64,000 bases of DNA from Williopsis jadinii. Its lineage: Eukaryota. Numbering within the stretch: position 1 is the first letter of the stretch; the number at the start of each line of letters is the position of its first letter. Shown here piece by piece: positions 33,318 through 44,149 of the stretch. The notes beneath the pieces were generated by a model. The model did no database searches. It was not told the DNA's origin and worked only from the letters and a program-made list of their open reading frames with translations. The stretch lies in the NCBI GenBank assembly GCA_024346625.1, contig AP024666.1, positions 1,736,001 to 1,800,000 of the forward strand. The letters run 5' to 3'. The position numbers and the translations under genes were made by a program.

Positions 33318-35051
33318 ATGAAGGCTGATTTCTCTAATGCCCATGATACGTCTGGCACAACATTACACCGGTTCAGTGTGTTCTTATTAGCTTCTGTTGT
33401 ATTGATTCTCGTCATCTTAGCCAGTCCTTCATGGATTCTTGATCCTTATAATAAGTTGTTTCCAAAGATCCATGAAACATTTGAAATTACACCAGTCACA
33501 CGGGAAAATGCCAGTGCGATCTTCAACACCGTGCAAGGTGCTCTGAGAAACAAGAATGCTCAAATTGAACCTATTGGTGTCAGCTTCATACCAGCATACA
33601 TCCCAGAAGGCACGTTGTTGTACCATGGGAATGGAGATGGTCAAATTCCAGAGGGTCCCGAATGGATTGCCATGGACCATGAGTTCAGTCAAAACTTCAT
33701 CGCAGATAGAGCCGGGCCTCACATTGGCCATGGCCATCGCTCTTCCATTCGTGCTGCTGGGAAGGGAAGAGGACATCCGGGTAGATTCCATGGACCACCA
33801 CGAGATTCTGAAGATAAGCATACCTCACTACTGACGTTTCGTGTCAAGAAACCTTTGAGTCGAATGATCCTCCTGGATGGCTCCTCTGCTTCAAAAACTG
33901 AAACTGGTGAAATGGATCAACAGTATATCCTTGCTGGGATAGAGAATGTATCGAGCCCGTTTGTTGGTGAGCGTGAATCATCTGTCAAGATCTGTGAATG
34001 GGGGAAACAGTTTGGATTGGATGGCTATATTCGTGTTGAAGTTGGATTTGAAGCTGTCATATGTGACTTCTTTGACAAGTTGGAGTTGACCAGCAATGTC
34101 ACTCTAGATTGGGGGAACAACACTTTGAATTTGCCCTTGGAACTAACTAATGAACATCTAATGGATGAATATGGTGCATTGTGGGACTCCGTCAGTGCCA
34201 TGGGGAGCTACGATTGGGCCAAGATGGGCAACGTCCATGATAAGAGAGAAGGCCGTATTCTGCTGGACTTCTCCAAGCTCCAGACCATGCTCAACAGAAC
34301 ATATGTTGGTACTGATCCCTACACCAGAAGAATATACAATGTTTCCAAAGATCTGAGACAGAACTTGAAAAGAGACCTCGCACAATCGCTGAAGGGAGGA
34401 GTTGATCCCTATGGTGGTACTGACTGGCAGCTAGTAACCACCGAGATTGTTGACAAGTTCTCTCCTATTTTACAGATGATCAATTCGAGTTTGAGCGATG
34501 AGCACTCAGACGGTGTGTCAAAGGCAAAGAACCTAACAGTGTTCACCACTAACTTTGTACGGAGGTTTCTTTCTTGGGAAGAAGGTGCGTCCCTTGAAGA
34601 GAGAATCTTGGCTGCTAAGAACAGGGCTGTGGAACAGTATGTACATCCACTTCAACCTTTGAGGTCCAAGTCGGATGCATTGATATTGTCTTCAATTCGC
34701 CGGGTTACACAAATGATCATCGAGACTGTATTCGATTCATTCTTTGTATCCAGGGACATCTTAGATGACTATTTCTTGAAGAACGAAATCGATTGCACAG
34801 GACTGGAAGAGCTGAAATACCAAGTTGTTGATCTTCTCGAGGTGTTAAGATGGGAGTCTACCTATTATACCTGTTCTTCCAGATGTTCGTGGGATGAGAT
34901 CTGTTATACGCCTTCTTGGGGGCCGTCTCCACTGGGATGGGACAGCTCATTCGGCACGTTCACAGACTCCTATGGGAAAGCGAGAATCTCTCCAGAGCTA
35001 CAGTGTGTAAGTTACAAGACGATTCTAGCACTAGGCCACAAGGAATGGTAA
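33318..35051 (+). CDS. YOR389W/YPL277C-family protein, copy 2
   Basis: Collinear with 22598-24550 (e.g. CYTPSWGPSPLGW, LQCVSYKTIL). First ATG at 33318. Confidence 0.88.
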   Translation: MKADFSNAHDTSGTTLHRFSVFLLASVVLILVILASPSWILDPYNKLFPKIHETFEITPVTRENASAIFNTVQGALRNKNAQIEPIGVSFIPAYIPEGTLLYHGNGDGQIPEGPEWIAMDHEFSQNFIADRAGPHIGHGHRSSIRAAGKGRGHPGRFHGPPRDSEDKHTSLLTFRVKKPLSRMILLDGSSASKTETGEMDQQYILAGIENVSSPFVGERESSVKICEWGKQFGLDGYIRVEVGFEAVICDFFDKLELTSNVTLDWGNNTLNLPLELTNEHLMDEYGALWDSVSAMGSYDWAKMGNVHDKREGRILLDFSKLQTMLNRTYVGTDPYTRRIYNVSKDLRQNLKRDLAQSLKGGVDPYGGTDWQLVTTEIVDKFSPILQMINSSLSDEHSDGVSKAKNLTVFTTNFVRRFLSWEEGASLEERILAAKNRAVEQYVHPLQPLRSKSDALILSSIRRVTQMIIETVFDSFFVSRDILDDYFLKNEIDCTGLEELKYQVVDLLEVLRWESTYYTCSSRCSWDEICYTPSWGPSPLGWDSSFGTFTDSYGKARISPELQCVSYKTILALGHKEW

Positions 35052-35140
35052 CCATCGTTTCATTTGTGTGTGTGTGTATATGCTATTTTTATTAGTATCA
35101 TTCTAATATTAGCCTCTAATGTACTGGAAACGGTGATAGT

Positions 35141-35186
35141 GTTACCCGGCCGGCCGTCTCCTTCCAAGAAAACTGTTACCCGGCCG
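35141..35186 (+). promoter_or_regulatory. Two Reb1-type TTACCCGG sites upstream of IMG1
   Basis: GTTACCCGGCC occurs twice, about 35 bp apart. Confidence 0.55.
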
Positions 35187-35301
35187 TCTGTTTCGAAAAC
35201 TTCGAGTGCACCGCAAAAACGAGCGCTAGAGGAAATTTCAACCAATGAGAGCTCCATAAAGCACCAACACTGTGTCTTGTTGAAGAATCCCATCAGTGAA
35301 G

Positions 35302-35793
35302 ATGTTGCAGTGTTTGAAGCGTGCTGTCTGTTCGCTACCACAGGGCGTGAGAGGGTATCACGTGCCTTCTAAGTCCACGAGGGTGATAAAGGTGTATGAG
35401 CCGCTCTTAAAGGAGAAGAAGAAGACCAATGCCATGGAGAAGTTTTACGAGACTCAGAGGGCTAGGCTAGACCCTACCGGATGGAGATCGTCTCTGCTGA
35501 AGTCTGTGCGTCCAGGTGATGTTGTCAGAGTGATGTACACTTCCCGTGCGATCCCACCGTTTGTTGGACAAGTCATTGCGATGAGTAAGAAACAGCTGGA
35601 CACCAACATCACGCTGAGAAACCAGGTGAGTAAAGTTGGTGTGGAGGTCAAGGTGAAGCTGTACAGTCCACTGGTGAGCAGAATCGACGTTATCAGAAAG
35701 CCACATGCTTATAAGAAGAGAAACAGACAGTACTACATCAGAGGTAACAGATTGGACGTTGGTGGTTTGGAGGCATCCTTGAGAAAGAGATGA
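35302..35793 (+). CDS. IMG1: Mitochondrial ribosomal protein bL19
   Basis: LDPTGWR, PGDVVRV, FVGQVIA, LRNQVSKVGVE..LYSPLV, YYIRG.RLDVG; basic presequence. Confidence 0.93.
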   Translation: MLQCLKRAVCSLPQGVRGYHVPSKSTRVIKVYEPLLKEKKKTNAMEKFYETQRARLDPTGWRSSLLKSVRPGDVVRVMYTSRAIPPFVGQVIAMSKKQLDTNITLRNQVSKVGVEVKVKLYSPLVSRIDVIRKPHAYKKRNRQYYIRGNRLDVGGLEASLRKR

Positions 35794-35886
35794 TGCAGAG
35801 TTGTTGGCTATATAGTTTCTCATAGACGAGGGTATTCATGTATATATACAAGCTTTAAGAAAGGCGTAGCTTTGCTAAGAGCGAAA

Positions 35887-36525
35887 TCATTTGTAAATCT
35901 GGTCAAATGGCCTTGTGTCGTTGAAGCAGCTCTCCCACACTTCATCCACCACTTTCTCAGCTTGCTCTTTATCCTTGCAGCCAGGGTTGGCCATGACACT
36001 CAACACTGCTCTTCTCTTGACACATTCCTGATGGCCACGTCCAAAGTTCTTAATGGCTGCTCTCTTGAACTGGTTCATTATGCGGCACTCGCCACTCAGA
36101 GAACTTGCCCTGATCTCTGAGCACGCATGGTGCTTCAAGTTCAGCCAGTCGACTTTGAACTTGGAGTCGTCATACGCATGGACCAGCTCATGTGCCAGAG
36201 TATCCTCCAGGTGCCACTTATCGATGATTCTATTCTGACAGAGTAATACCCCGAGCTCTGGATGGTAGCCACCACCTTTCCACTCATCACAAACGTCACA
36301 CACGATGTCCTTAGCATTCACATCTCCGCCGCTCTTCTTGATCTGTTGGAGCATGAAGATCACAATCGGTGAGTAGTTGATGGCCCAATCACGATATTCA
36401 TAGCACTGTTTACATTCGTCTTGAACTTGTTTGTCTTTGAGGTCCTTTTCGTATTCCACAACGTCCTCCTTTTTCATGAAGCCTGTCTTATAGGCCATTG
36501 ACCTTCTCCACCACTCAAAGGACAT
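35887..36525 (-). CDS. ATP23: Mitochondrial inner-membrane metalloprotease
   Basis: FEWWRR, LEDTLAHELVHAYD (HExxH), HHACSEIRASSLSGEC, CFNDTRPF. Confidence 0.96.
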   Translation of the reverse strand: MSFEWWRRSMAYKTGFMKKEDVVEYEKDLKDKQVQDECKQCYEYRDWAINYSPIVIFMLQQIKKSGGDVNAKDIVCDVCDEWKGGGYHPELGVLLCQNRIIDKWHLEDTLAHELVHAYDDSKFKVDWLNLKHHACSEIRASSLSGECRIMNQFKRAAIKNFGRGHQECVKRRAVLSVMANPGCKDKEQAEKVVDEVWESCFNDTRPFDQIYK

Positions 36526-36674
36526 TGTCTTGATCTGTGATGTCTCTTGTCTTTGATGCGGTTTAACTTTGATGTCCTGGATCTTTAACGACAAATGTCC
36601 AAACCTTTTTCGAGGGGAAATTTAATGTCTCGACTTGGCCGAAAATTTTATCTCATCGGACAAGACACTTGACC

Positions 36675-36729
36675 AGACATAAGGACAGAGACATAAGGAC
36701 AGAGACATAAGGACAGAGACATAGGGACA
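36675..36729. repeat. 14-bp tandem repeat AGACATAAGGACAG, about 4 copies, just before an ATG
   Basis: Directly visible. Confidence 0.85.
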
Positions 36730-36733
36730 AACA

Positions 36734-37342
36734 ATGAATATTTGGACACTCTGCGCCGATGATAAAAGGGATCAGATAGCTAAGCTCCTCGAATCAGGAA
36801 CCTCACCAAACATCAAAGACCCAAATGGCTACACCCCATTGCACGCTGCTGCCTCTTACAACCATGGAGATCTCCTGAGGTTGCTGGTAGATAAGGGTGG
36901 TGATGTCAACATCCAAGATAACGATGGTGATACTCCCTTGCACCATGTTGAGGATTTAGAGATGTGTAAACTGTTGATAGAATTGGGAGCCGACTGGAAG
37001 ATAAGGAACTTGGAGGGCCAAACAGCAAAGGAGATGATTGAAGAAGATGGTGAATTCATGGACGTGGTCAACTACCTCCAATCATTGATACATGGTACTG
37101 ACGCACCAGTGGAAGAGAAAGATGAGCAATTGAAACTACCAGAGGGTCAGCAATTACGCTACGAATACCAGAACCCAGGTGATATAGAGATTGCCATTGA
37201 TGAAGAACAGAGACAGGAGCTTAGAAGGATAGTGGAGGGTGAAAATCCAGAGGAAAAACTGAAGGATTTCCTCACAAAACAAGTCCATGAGCAGTTCTAC
37301 AACGGTGAAGGCAGCGATGCAAAGAGAGAGAGAAAAGAGTAG
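36734..37342 (+). CDS. Ankyrin-repeat protein, YCR051W-like
   Basis: MNIW, KDPNGYTPLHAAASY, QDNDGDTPLHHVED; syntenic with the ARE/ATP23 block. Confidence 0.9.
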   Translation: MNIWTLCADDKRDQIAKLLESGTSPNIKDPNGYTPLHAAASYNHGDLLRLLVDKGGDVNIQDNDGDTPLHHVEDLEMCKLLIELGADWKIRNLEGQTAKEMIEEDGEFMDVVNYLQSLIHGTDAPVEEKDEQLKLPEGQQLRYEYQNPGDIEIAIDEEQRQELRRIVEGENPEEKLKDFLTKQVHEQFYNGEGSDAKRERKE

Positions 37343-37395
37343 ACACATAATTTTGTTTATCAAATTATTTGTAGTATAAGCAGCGTATGAAAGAA

Positions 37396-38427
37396 TTACA
37401 TGATAACACAGCACTTTGAGGATGATTGGCCCTCTGAGGATGATACATTATTAGACTGGGATCCACGTGCTGCTGCTGCGTTAGTAGAATCGTTAGTTCC
37501 ATTACCAGCTGTGGTTCTCTTGTTACCTTCATAACGTTTTTGTAAAGCCTTTGCTACCCTTTGGTCTTCTTCTTCTTGCATTTGTCTGGCCAGTGCTTCA
37601 TCTTCATCCTCATCCTCAACGGTTTCACCTTCGACAAGAGGCTGGAAGTTACCTGTGAAGAAAGAGTTTATAGAACCGTTGACACTAAGTAGACTTTCCC
37701 AGACGAAATCTCTCTTCTTCAGGAAGCCTTGGTCAGTCACGAGCTGGTAAACATCCAGTTCGTGTTTGATGATGGTGTTGAAGTGGTTGTTTCTGAAGAA
37801 AACACAGATTTCCTCGTCTAAGAGGGATCTCTTTAGCACTCCTAGACCGTAATCGGTCAGTTGCGTCGCTGTGTGAGCCATGAACCGTTTCAAAGCCTCC
37901 GAGTCTTCAATTATCTCGCCTTGCGTCTCACCAGCCTGCTGTTTCTCATAGGCTTCAACCAACACACCCTGCGCCTCTTCATAGGAGTTATGCTTGATAA
38001 CGTTGGCATATTCCAGAGACTGTGGGTCAATTATCCAGCCATGGACAATCTTCAGCCCGAAAACGTCAAACACAGACACCTCCACACTCGGGGTGAATCC
38101 ACCAGCAAAGTGCGGATCAACGTTCAACCCTTCATTGAGAGAAGGTAACAAGTTCAAGATGGCCTGTGTCTCCTCAGGAGTGGCTCCTCGTTGCTGTAGA
38201 TTATTCACAGCCAATGAGTAAAGAATCGGCTGTATAGATTCCAGAGCAACCGTACGTTCACCACTGTTAACGAGTGCAACCAATTGGTGATGTTCAGCAG
38301 GACTCTGCTCGGTAGTTTGCAGTAGAATGGTATTCACAATTGCCAACAGGGCACATGGTCCATTGACGGACTGCGAGAGGATGGACCGTTTACCGTGGAA
38401 ATAGATCGACTTAACTTCAAATGACAT
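37396..38427 (-). CDS. MIY1: MINDY-family K48 deubiquitinase (YPL191C/YGL082W-like) with MIU motif and CaaX
   Basis: QSVNGPCALLAIVN (Cys), FFRNNHF (His), LVTDQGF, DEALARQMQEEED, C-terminal CCVIM. Confidence 0.9.
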   Translation of the reverse strand: MSFEVKSIYFHGKRSILSQSVNGPCALLAIVNTILLQTTEQSPAEHHQLVALVNSGERTVALESIQPILYSLAVNNLQQRGATPEETQAILNLLPSLNEGLNVDPHFAGGFTPSVEVSVFDVFGLKIVHGWIIDPQSLEYANVIKHNSYEEAQGVLVEAYEKQQAGETQGEIIEDSEALKRFMAHTATQLTDYGLGVLKRSLLDEEICVFFRNNHFNTIIKHELDVYQLVTDQGFLKKRDFVWESLLSVNGSINSFFTGNFQPLVEGETVEDEDEDEALARQMQEEEDQRVAKALQKRYEGNKRTTAGNGTNDSTNAAAARGSQSNNVSSSEGQSSSKCCVIM

Positions 38428-38855
38428 CTCGATCTCTCAACCACTTCGTGATATCTCTGTGACAACAAAGAGTAGAAAACAGGCGAAGTTTAAAGGGGCA
38501 ATTCTCGAAAGCTGGTTGTCCTTTTGAACTACAAAATGTAAACATTTATAATGTCTTGTCCGTCTTCGCTCGCGCAAGTTCGGAAGTGGCTGGATGCGCC
38601 TCAATGTGATCCTTGCAGCACATCCAGACACCACTCTAGCCTCGGAACTCGCACGTGACTTGTGTTGAATTACGGTGCTACTCATGTGGTGTGTCACGTG
38701 ATGAGATTTTGTTTTTTGGCCTGAGCGCATTTTTGTTGGGGCAAGTGGGAAGGTGATAACTTCGTTCAAGAAAAGTCATCCATTTCGCCTCCGTCATCCC
38801 TCTTTTCGCCACTGTTTTGGTTAAAGACTACGTCTTCGTAACAAGTCAAGAGCAA

Positions 38856-39294
38856 ATGTCTGAACAATTTACCCTTAAAGTGAGCTGAAGCTGCTGTCCC
38901 GGTGTCAATTGGGCAGTCTCCCTATATGTACAGAGGCCGGTTTGTTGGGCCATTGGTTGCTTGATCCGCTTGACAACTCGCTCAATACACTGGTTTCCTG
39001 GCCCAATTGACTGATTTACTGATCCATTACCATTCTAACACACATGTTTAGGCAAGCCAAGTGAACAATCTCGTCAAGAAGCCAAACGACGATGAGTTGC
39101 TCAAGCTGTACGGCCTCTACAAGCAAGCCACCGTTGGGGACGTGAACACCGACAGACCAGGTATCTTTGCCCTCAAGGACCGTTACAAATGGGACGCGTG
39201 GAAGGCCAACGAGGGCCTCTCCAAGGAAGAAGCTGAGCAAAAGTACATTGAGCTCGTTGATGAGTTGATTGCCAAGTACGGGTTGAAAGAGTAG
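38856..39294 (+). CDS. ACB1: Acyl-CoA-binding protein; exon 1 38856-38879, intron 38880-39051, exon 2 39052-39294
   Basis: Spliced MSEQFTLKASQVNNLVKKPNDDELLKLYGLYKQATVGD...KWDAW; donor GTGAGC, branch TTCTAAC, acceptor TAG. Confidence 0.93.
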
Positions 39295-39571
39295 GCTCGG
39301 TATTTAGTATTTCTCTAGCTATTTGCCCACAATGTGGCTTAAATCGATATCACTGACTCATTTATCGTCACCTTGTAATCTTCTCATGCTTTCCAATTTT
39401 ACATCCTTGGAATCACACCCACCGTTGTGTCGTTTATACCGGTTGGTGGGTAAACGCGCGCGCCCGCCTATTTTTCCACGCTGTTGATGGAGTTTTTCCG
39501 GGGAAGAAATTTTTCACTCTCCCGAGACCATCGTTTAACACAGGGAAAGAGGGAGAAGAAGGTGAGGCACA

Positions 39572-40471
39572 ATGACCATCCAAGTGTTTCGTACTGTCAG
39601 AGAGCTCCGCCAGTGGAGAAGATCCTTGCCATTTGATGATTCGCTGGGATTCGTGCCAACTATGGGTGCACTCCATGATGGACACATCTCACTAGTTTCA
39701 AAATGCCTCGAGGAGAATGACCACACAGTGGTTTCAATCTTTGTCAACCCTTCACAGTTTGCACCAAATGAGGATTTGAACTCGTATCCACGAACGTTCC
39801 CCCAAGATTTGGAGAGATTACAAGAGATAATGGTGAACGGCCATGGAGTCGATGCCATCTTTGCACCAACGGTGCCTGAGATGTATCCGTCTGGCATCAC
39901 ACTCCAGGTTGAAGAGCAAAAAGGTGCCTTTGTGAGTGTCTTGGGGTTAAGCGAGCAACTGGAGGGAAAGACAAGACCAAACTTCTTTAGAGGGGTCGCC
40001 ACTGTGGTCACAAAGCTGTTCAACGCTGTTGGTTGCGATAAGGCTTACTTTGGCCAGAAGGACATCCAACAAACCGTTGTGCTGAAACGAATGGTTCGTG
40101 ATTTACTTATGCCAGTGGAAATCGTGGTGCTGCCCATAGTGAGAGAGGACTCTGGATTGGCCATGAGCTCTAGAAACACCTATCTCAGTGCTGGTCTCAG
40201 ATCCAAGAGCAGTGATATCTACCTGGCTTTGAACAAGGGGAAAGAACAGTACCACAAAGGCGGCGATAGAGATTCAATCTTGAAAGCTGTATTGGATACT
40301 CTCACTGATGACAGTTTCCAAGTTGACTATGTATCATTAGCAGATCCCGTAGAGCTCCAGGAGGTTGTCGGTTCCGTTGACAAAACCACGGGCGCAATCT
40401 TGTCCATTGCAGTGTACGTCAAGGAGGACGGCAGAACCACGAGGCTCATAGATAACGTTATACTCCAATAA
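39572..40471 (+). CDS. PAN6: Pantoate-beta-alanine ligase
   Basis: GFVPTMGALHDGH, FGQKDIQQ, GLAMSSRN, RLIDN; TGACTCA upstream at 39354. Confidence 0.97.
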   Translation: MTIQVFRTVRELRQWRRSLPFDDSLGFVPTMGALHDGHISLVSKCLEENDHTVVSIFVNPSQFAPNEDLNSYPRTFPQDLERLQEIMVNGHGVDAIFAPTVPEMYPSGITLQVEEQKGAFVSVLGLSEQLEGKTRPNFFRGVATVVTKLFNAVGCDKAYFGQKDIQQTVVLKRMVRDLLMPVEIVVLPIVREDSGLAMSSRNTYLSAGLRSKSSDIYLALNKGKEQYHKGGDRDSILKAVLDTLTDDSFQVDYVSLADPVELQEVVGSVDKTTGAILSIAVYVKEDGRTTRLIDNVILQ

Positions 40472-40480
40472 TACGGTAAT

Positions 40481-41071
40481 TCAGCGTGATCTTCCAGTAC
40501 AGTTCTCTCTAGATGGCGGTATCCCGTTGAGCTGCCCATGTATCACCTCACCAACCCTGAAGTACTTATCGTCAAACCACTCGATCCAGCCTCTCAGTCT
40601 CCTCAGCTCATCGCTCTTTATGTCCCTGATATCGTGGGTCAGATGGTTCAGGCAGTTCGTTGCAAGCGCCCTTGCAACGTCTTTACCTGCGAATGAGCCA
40701 TAGCTGCCGCCGGCACCAAACGACCTTGGGTTACTGGACACGTCCCATACTGTGCCGTTAATGGCAATGTACAAGGGCTTCGAGGCATCCGACCCGTTAA
40801 ACTGCAGAAGCTCGTCCTCTGTAATCGATACACGAGACCCAAACAGCTGGTAGTACCAGAAGTGTCGTTGTAGCAGCTTCCCCTTGTATCCATACGTAAG
40901 CGAACCGGTCATCCACCACGATACCATCATGTTGAGAAGGAGTAGCCCAAGAACCATTCTCAAGATATCAAGCACAGATATCGACGTCCTCTCTTCGCAG
41001 CCGCCTGTCTCTTGTTCCTCGCTCACTGCTGCATCATCGGGTCTCGTGCCTCTTCTCTGCTTCAATGCCAT
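40481..41071 (-). CDS. Membrane-anchored cytochrome b5-like heme/steroid-binding (MAPR) protein
   Basis: N-terminal TM; ELLQFNGSD..KPLYIAING.VWDVS..FGAGGSYGSFAGKDVARA; KYFRVGEV. Confidence 0.88.
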   Translation of the reverse strand: MALKQRRGTRPDDAAVSEEQETGGCEERTSISVLDILRMVLGLLLLNMMVSWWMTGSLTYGYKGKLLQRHFWYYQLFGSRVSITEDELLQFNGSDASKPLYIAINGTVWDVSSNPRSFGAGGSYGSFAGKDVARALATNCLNHLTHDIRDIKSDELRRLRGWIEWFDDKYFRVGEVIHGQLNGIPPSRENCTGRSR

Positions 41072-41386
41072 TGTCGTTTGACCGCTTACAACAAGAGACT
41101 CACGAAGGTGGAACAGCGTAAGCTCCAATTGGCGTAAGCTTGAGCGTGATGTGAATTTCAGTCACGTGATGTGATGTGCTGTCACATGACATGTCATGTG
41201 ATATTTGAAAAAATCCTAACCCGCGAATATTTCCCTTTTGGTACTGTGGTGTGGCCCCAACCGCCACCCCTTCCTAACTTCAAAACTTTACTGAGCTTTT
41301 CTCCCACCTCTCTCCAACATCAACATCAACGCCATCGCTTCGAAGCACAGATTGCGGGCTCTTTTCACGCTAAATCACAGAGACAA

Positions 41387-42697
41387 ATGGGGCTATCGAA
41401 CTACGAGCAGAAGCCGTTTGACCCAATCACGGTGAAGCCCAACGATAAGAAGCGTGTTGCGTACTTCTACGATGCCGATGTTGGTAACTATGCCTACGGT
41501 GCAGGTCATCCGATGAAACCACATAGAATAAGAATGGCACATTCTCTTATAATGAACTATGGGCTCTATAAGAAGATGGAGATCTATAGGGCCAAGCCTG
41601 CTACGAAGCAGGAGATGTGTCAGTTCCACACAGACGAGTACATTGACTTCCTATCTCGCGTCACGCCAGATAACCTGGAAATGTTCCAGAAGGAGAGTGT
41701 CAAGTTCAATGTTGGAGATGACTGTCCCGTGTTTGACGGTCTGTACGAGTTCTGTGGTATCAGCGGTGGTGGGTCGATGGAGGGTGCTGCCCGGCTGAAC
41801 AGGGGGAAGTGCGACATTGCTATCAACTATGCTGGTGGATTGCACCACGCTAAGAAGTCGGAGGCTTCAGGGTTCTGCTATCTGAACGATATTGTGCTGG
41901 GTATCATCGAGCTCTTGAGGTATCACCCTCGTGTGCTGTATATCGACACGGACGTGCATCACGGAGATGGTGTTGAAGAGGCGTTTTACACGACGGACCG
42001 TGTCATGACGTGTTCATTCCACAAGTATGGTGAATTCTTCCCAGGTACCGGTGAGCTGCGTGATACCGGTGTGGGCAAGGGTAAGAACTACGCCGTCAAC
42101 GTGCCATTGAGAGACGGGATTGACGATGCAACGTATAGATCCATTTTTGAGCCTCTGATCTCGAAGATCATGGAATGGTACCAGCCTTCGGCTATAGTGC
42201 TGCAGTGTGGTGGAGATTCCCTGAGTGGTGATAGACTGGGTTGCTTCAACTTGTCCATGAGAGGCCATGCCAACTGTGTCAACTTCTGTAAAGGGCTGGG
42301 AGTCCCACTGATGGTTGTTGGTGGAGGTGGCTACACTATGAGAAACGTTGCTAGAACGTGGGCTTTCGAAACAGGGTTGCTGAACAGTGAGATCCTTTCC
42401 GAGGACTTGCCCTTCAACGACTATTATGAGTACTACGGGCCAGACTATAAGCTTGATGTGAGACCTTCGAATATGTACAACGCAAACAGTCCAGAGTACT
42501 TGGATAAGATTCTAACCCAGATCTTTTCGAATCTTGAGCATACAAAGTTTGCCCCAAGTGTTCAAATACAGGACGTTCCAAGGGATGTTGAGCTATACGA
42601 CGATGAGGATGAAGACATGCCGGAGGCTATTGATACCAAAGGTGGTTCTCAATTCGCAAGAGATCAAATAGTTGAGGCAAAGAATGAGTTTTACTGA
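41387..42697 (+). CDS. RPD3: Class I histone deacetylase
   Basis: [42 protein letters not shown]. Confidence 0.98.
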   Translation: MGLSNYEQKPFDPITVKPNDKKRVAYFYDADVGNYAYGAGHPMKPHRIRMAHSLIMNYGLYKKMEIYRAKPATKQEMCQFHTDEYIDFLSRVTPDNLEMFQKESVKFNVGDDCPVFDGLYEFCGISGGGSMEGAARLNRGKCDIAINYAGGLHHAKKSEASGFCYLNDIVLGIIELLRYHPRVLYIDTDVHHGDGVEEAFYTTDRVMTCSFHKYGEFFPGTGELRDTGVGKGKNYAVNVPLRDGIDDATYRSIFEPLISKIMEWYQPSAIVLQCGGDSLSGDRLGCFNLSMRGHANCVNFCKGLGVPLMVVGGGGYTMRNVARTWAFETGLLNSEILSEDLPFNDYYEYYGPDYKLDVRPSNMYNANSPEYLDKILTQIFSNLEHTKFAPSVQIQDVPRDVELYDDEDEDMPEAIDTKGGSQFARDQIVEAKNEFY

Positions 42698-42750
42698 AAG
42701 ACCATGAGATCTTGTGTGGCATATATAGGAACCAAAGCAGGAAAAGTGTA

Positions 42751-43668
42751 CTATTGAACGAACTTAACACCTGTAGAAGTCTCGTTTACTGTCAATTGGA
42801 AAACATCGCCTCTGGAGTAATGGCCACTAGGATCGAAGTCGAACCTTGCCTTAATAACGTCATCGGTATCGATGTCTGCACTTAAGACACCCTCTTCACC
42901 AATCAATGGGCCTGCAATGATCTCCCCCATCGGGTTAACAATGACAGAACCTCCATTAATCAACGGAGCACCAACTTGCCAGCCCTTTGGAGTTTGCTCC
43001 TCAGGCACCGGACCCTGGTATTGCACAGCACTCACGAGGAATTGGCGTCCTTCATAGGCAATGTGACGCATACTCGTTCTCCAGATCTCTCTCATGTCCA
43101 CAGTAGGCGCAACCCAGACGTCAACGCCCTTAGAGTACATGGCCTGTCTCAGCAGAGGGACAAAGTTCTCCCAGCAGATGGCACCACCAATCTTTCCAAC
43201 TCTGGTGTCGATAACAGGGAGAGTCGAGCCATCACCAGAGCCCCACACCAGTCTCTCCGTGGCTGTTGGAACCAGCTTCCTATGCTTGCCCACGTAGCCA
43301 GCCTCCGGGTCAATGTACACCAGAGTACAGTACAGTGTGGTGCCGTCCTTCTCGATAACACCAATGGCCACAGTCGCATTGATACGTTTGGCAAACCCTT
43401 CCAGGGCATGGACCTCTGGTCCGTCAGGCACCTTGACACTTTCCCGGTGGTACGCCAGAAACTCATCACGGCCCTCTGGTAGTCTGTACCCCATATAGCA
43501 TCCAAACGTTGTGCCCTTAGGGTAGCCTCCCAAGGTGGCCTCTGGGATAACCACAAGGTCAACCTTTTCCCTAATCAGTTGCTCCTCATACGAGAGGATC
43601 TTCTCCAGCGTCTTTGCTGTGCTTGTCTCGTACCCGACCTGTAACGCAGCCACTCTTCTTTGAACCAT
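42751..43668 (-). CDS. NIT1: Nitrilase (full-length Nit1 type)
   Basis: Catalytic [44 protein letters not shown]. Confidence 0.93.
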   Translation of the reverse strand: MVQRRVAALQVGYETSTAKTLEKILSYEEQLIREKVDLVVIPEATLGGYPKGTTFGCYMGYRLPEGRDEFLAYHRESVKVPDGPEVHALEGFAKRINATVAIGVIEKDGTTLYCTLVYIDPEAGYVGKHRKLVPTATERLVWGSGDGSTLPVIDTRVGKIGGAICWENFVPLLRQAMYSKGVDVWVAPTVDMREIWRTSMRHIAYEGRQFLVSAVQYQGPVPEEQTPKGWQVGAPLINGGSVIVNPMGEIIAGPLIGEEGVLSADIDTDDVIKARFDFDPSGHYSRGDVFQLTVNETSTGVKFVQ

Positions 43669-43879
43669 TGTACTGTCTACGGTGTACGTCCAGTGTGATG
43701 CTCCCAGTGTGATGCTCCCAGTGTGAAGCTTCGTGGGAGAAGGAGAAGAAGAGTGAGACTCGACGAGTGTGGCTTTTCTCCGTTTCATCAACCACAACTC
43801 GAGCTGTGCGTTGATGCGCACCTCTCGTACGTCCTTCATGCGCGTCGGACTTACAGCGCGCAGGTGTGATGATGTTTCG

Positions 43880-44149
43880 GTGAGCTGAGTATTCAGTAGT
43901 GAAGCTGTGTATCAACAGGAAGCTGTGTATCAACAGTGAAGCTGTGTATTCAGCAGTGAAGTTGTGAATTCAGCAGTGAGTTGTGTGTCGAGCAGTGAGC
44001 TGTGTAATCAGCAGTGAATCTATGTATTCAGCAGTGAGCTGTGTATTCAGCAGTGAATCTGTGTATTGAATAATGAAGTTGTGTATTCAACAGTGAAGCT
44101 GTGTATTCAGTAGTGAAGCTGTGTATTCAACAGTGAGCTGTGTATCAGC
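43880..44149. repeat. Minisatellite, 18-20 bp unit GTGAAGCTGTGTATTCAGCA, about 14 degenerate copies
   Basis: Visible tandem array with indels, upstream of NIT1. Confidence 0.92.

Noticed and set aside
41161..41170. GTCACGTG as point-centromere CDEI
   Set aside because: No AT-rich CDEII or CDEIII follows; lies in a short divergent promoter.
43880..44149. Interstitial telomeric repeat
   Set aside because: Units vary in length and lack the GG-containing Rap1-binding core typical of yeast telomere repeats.
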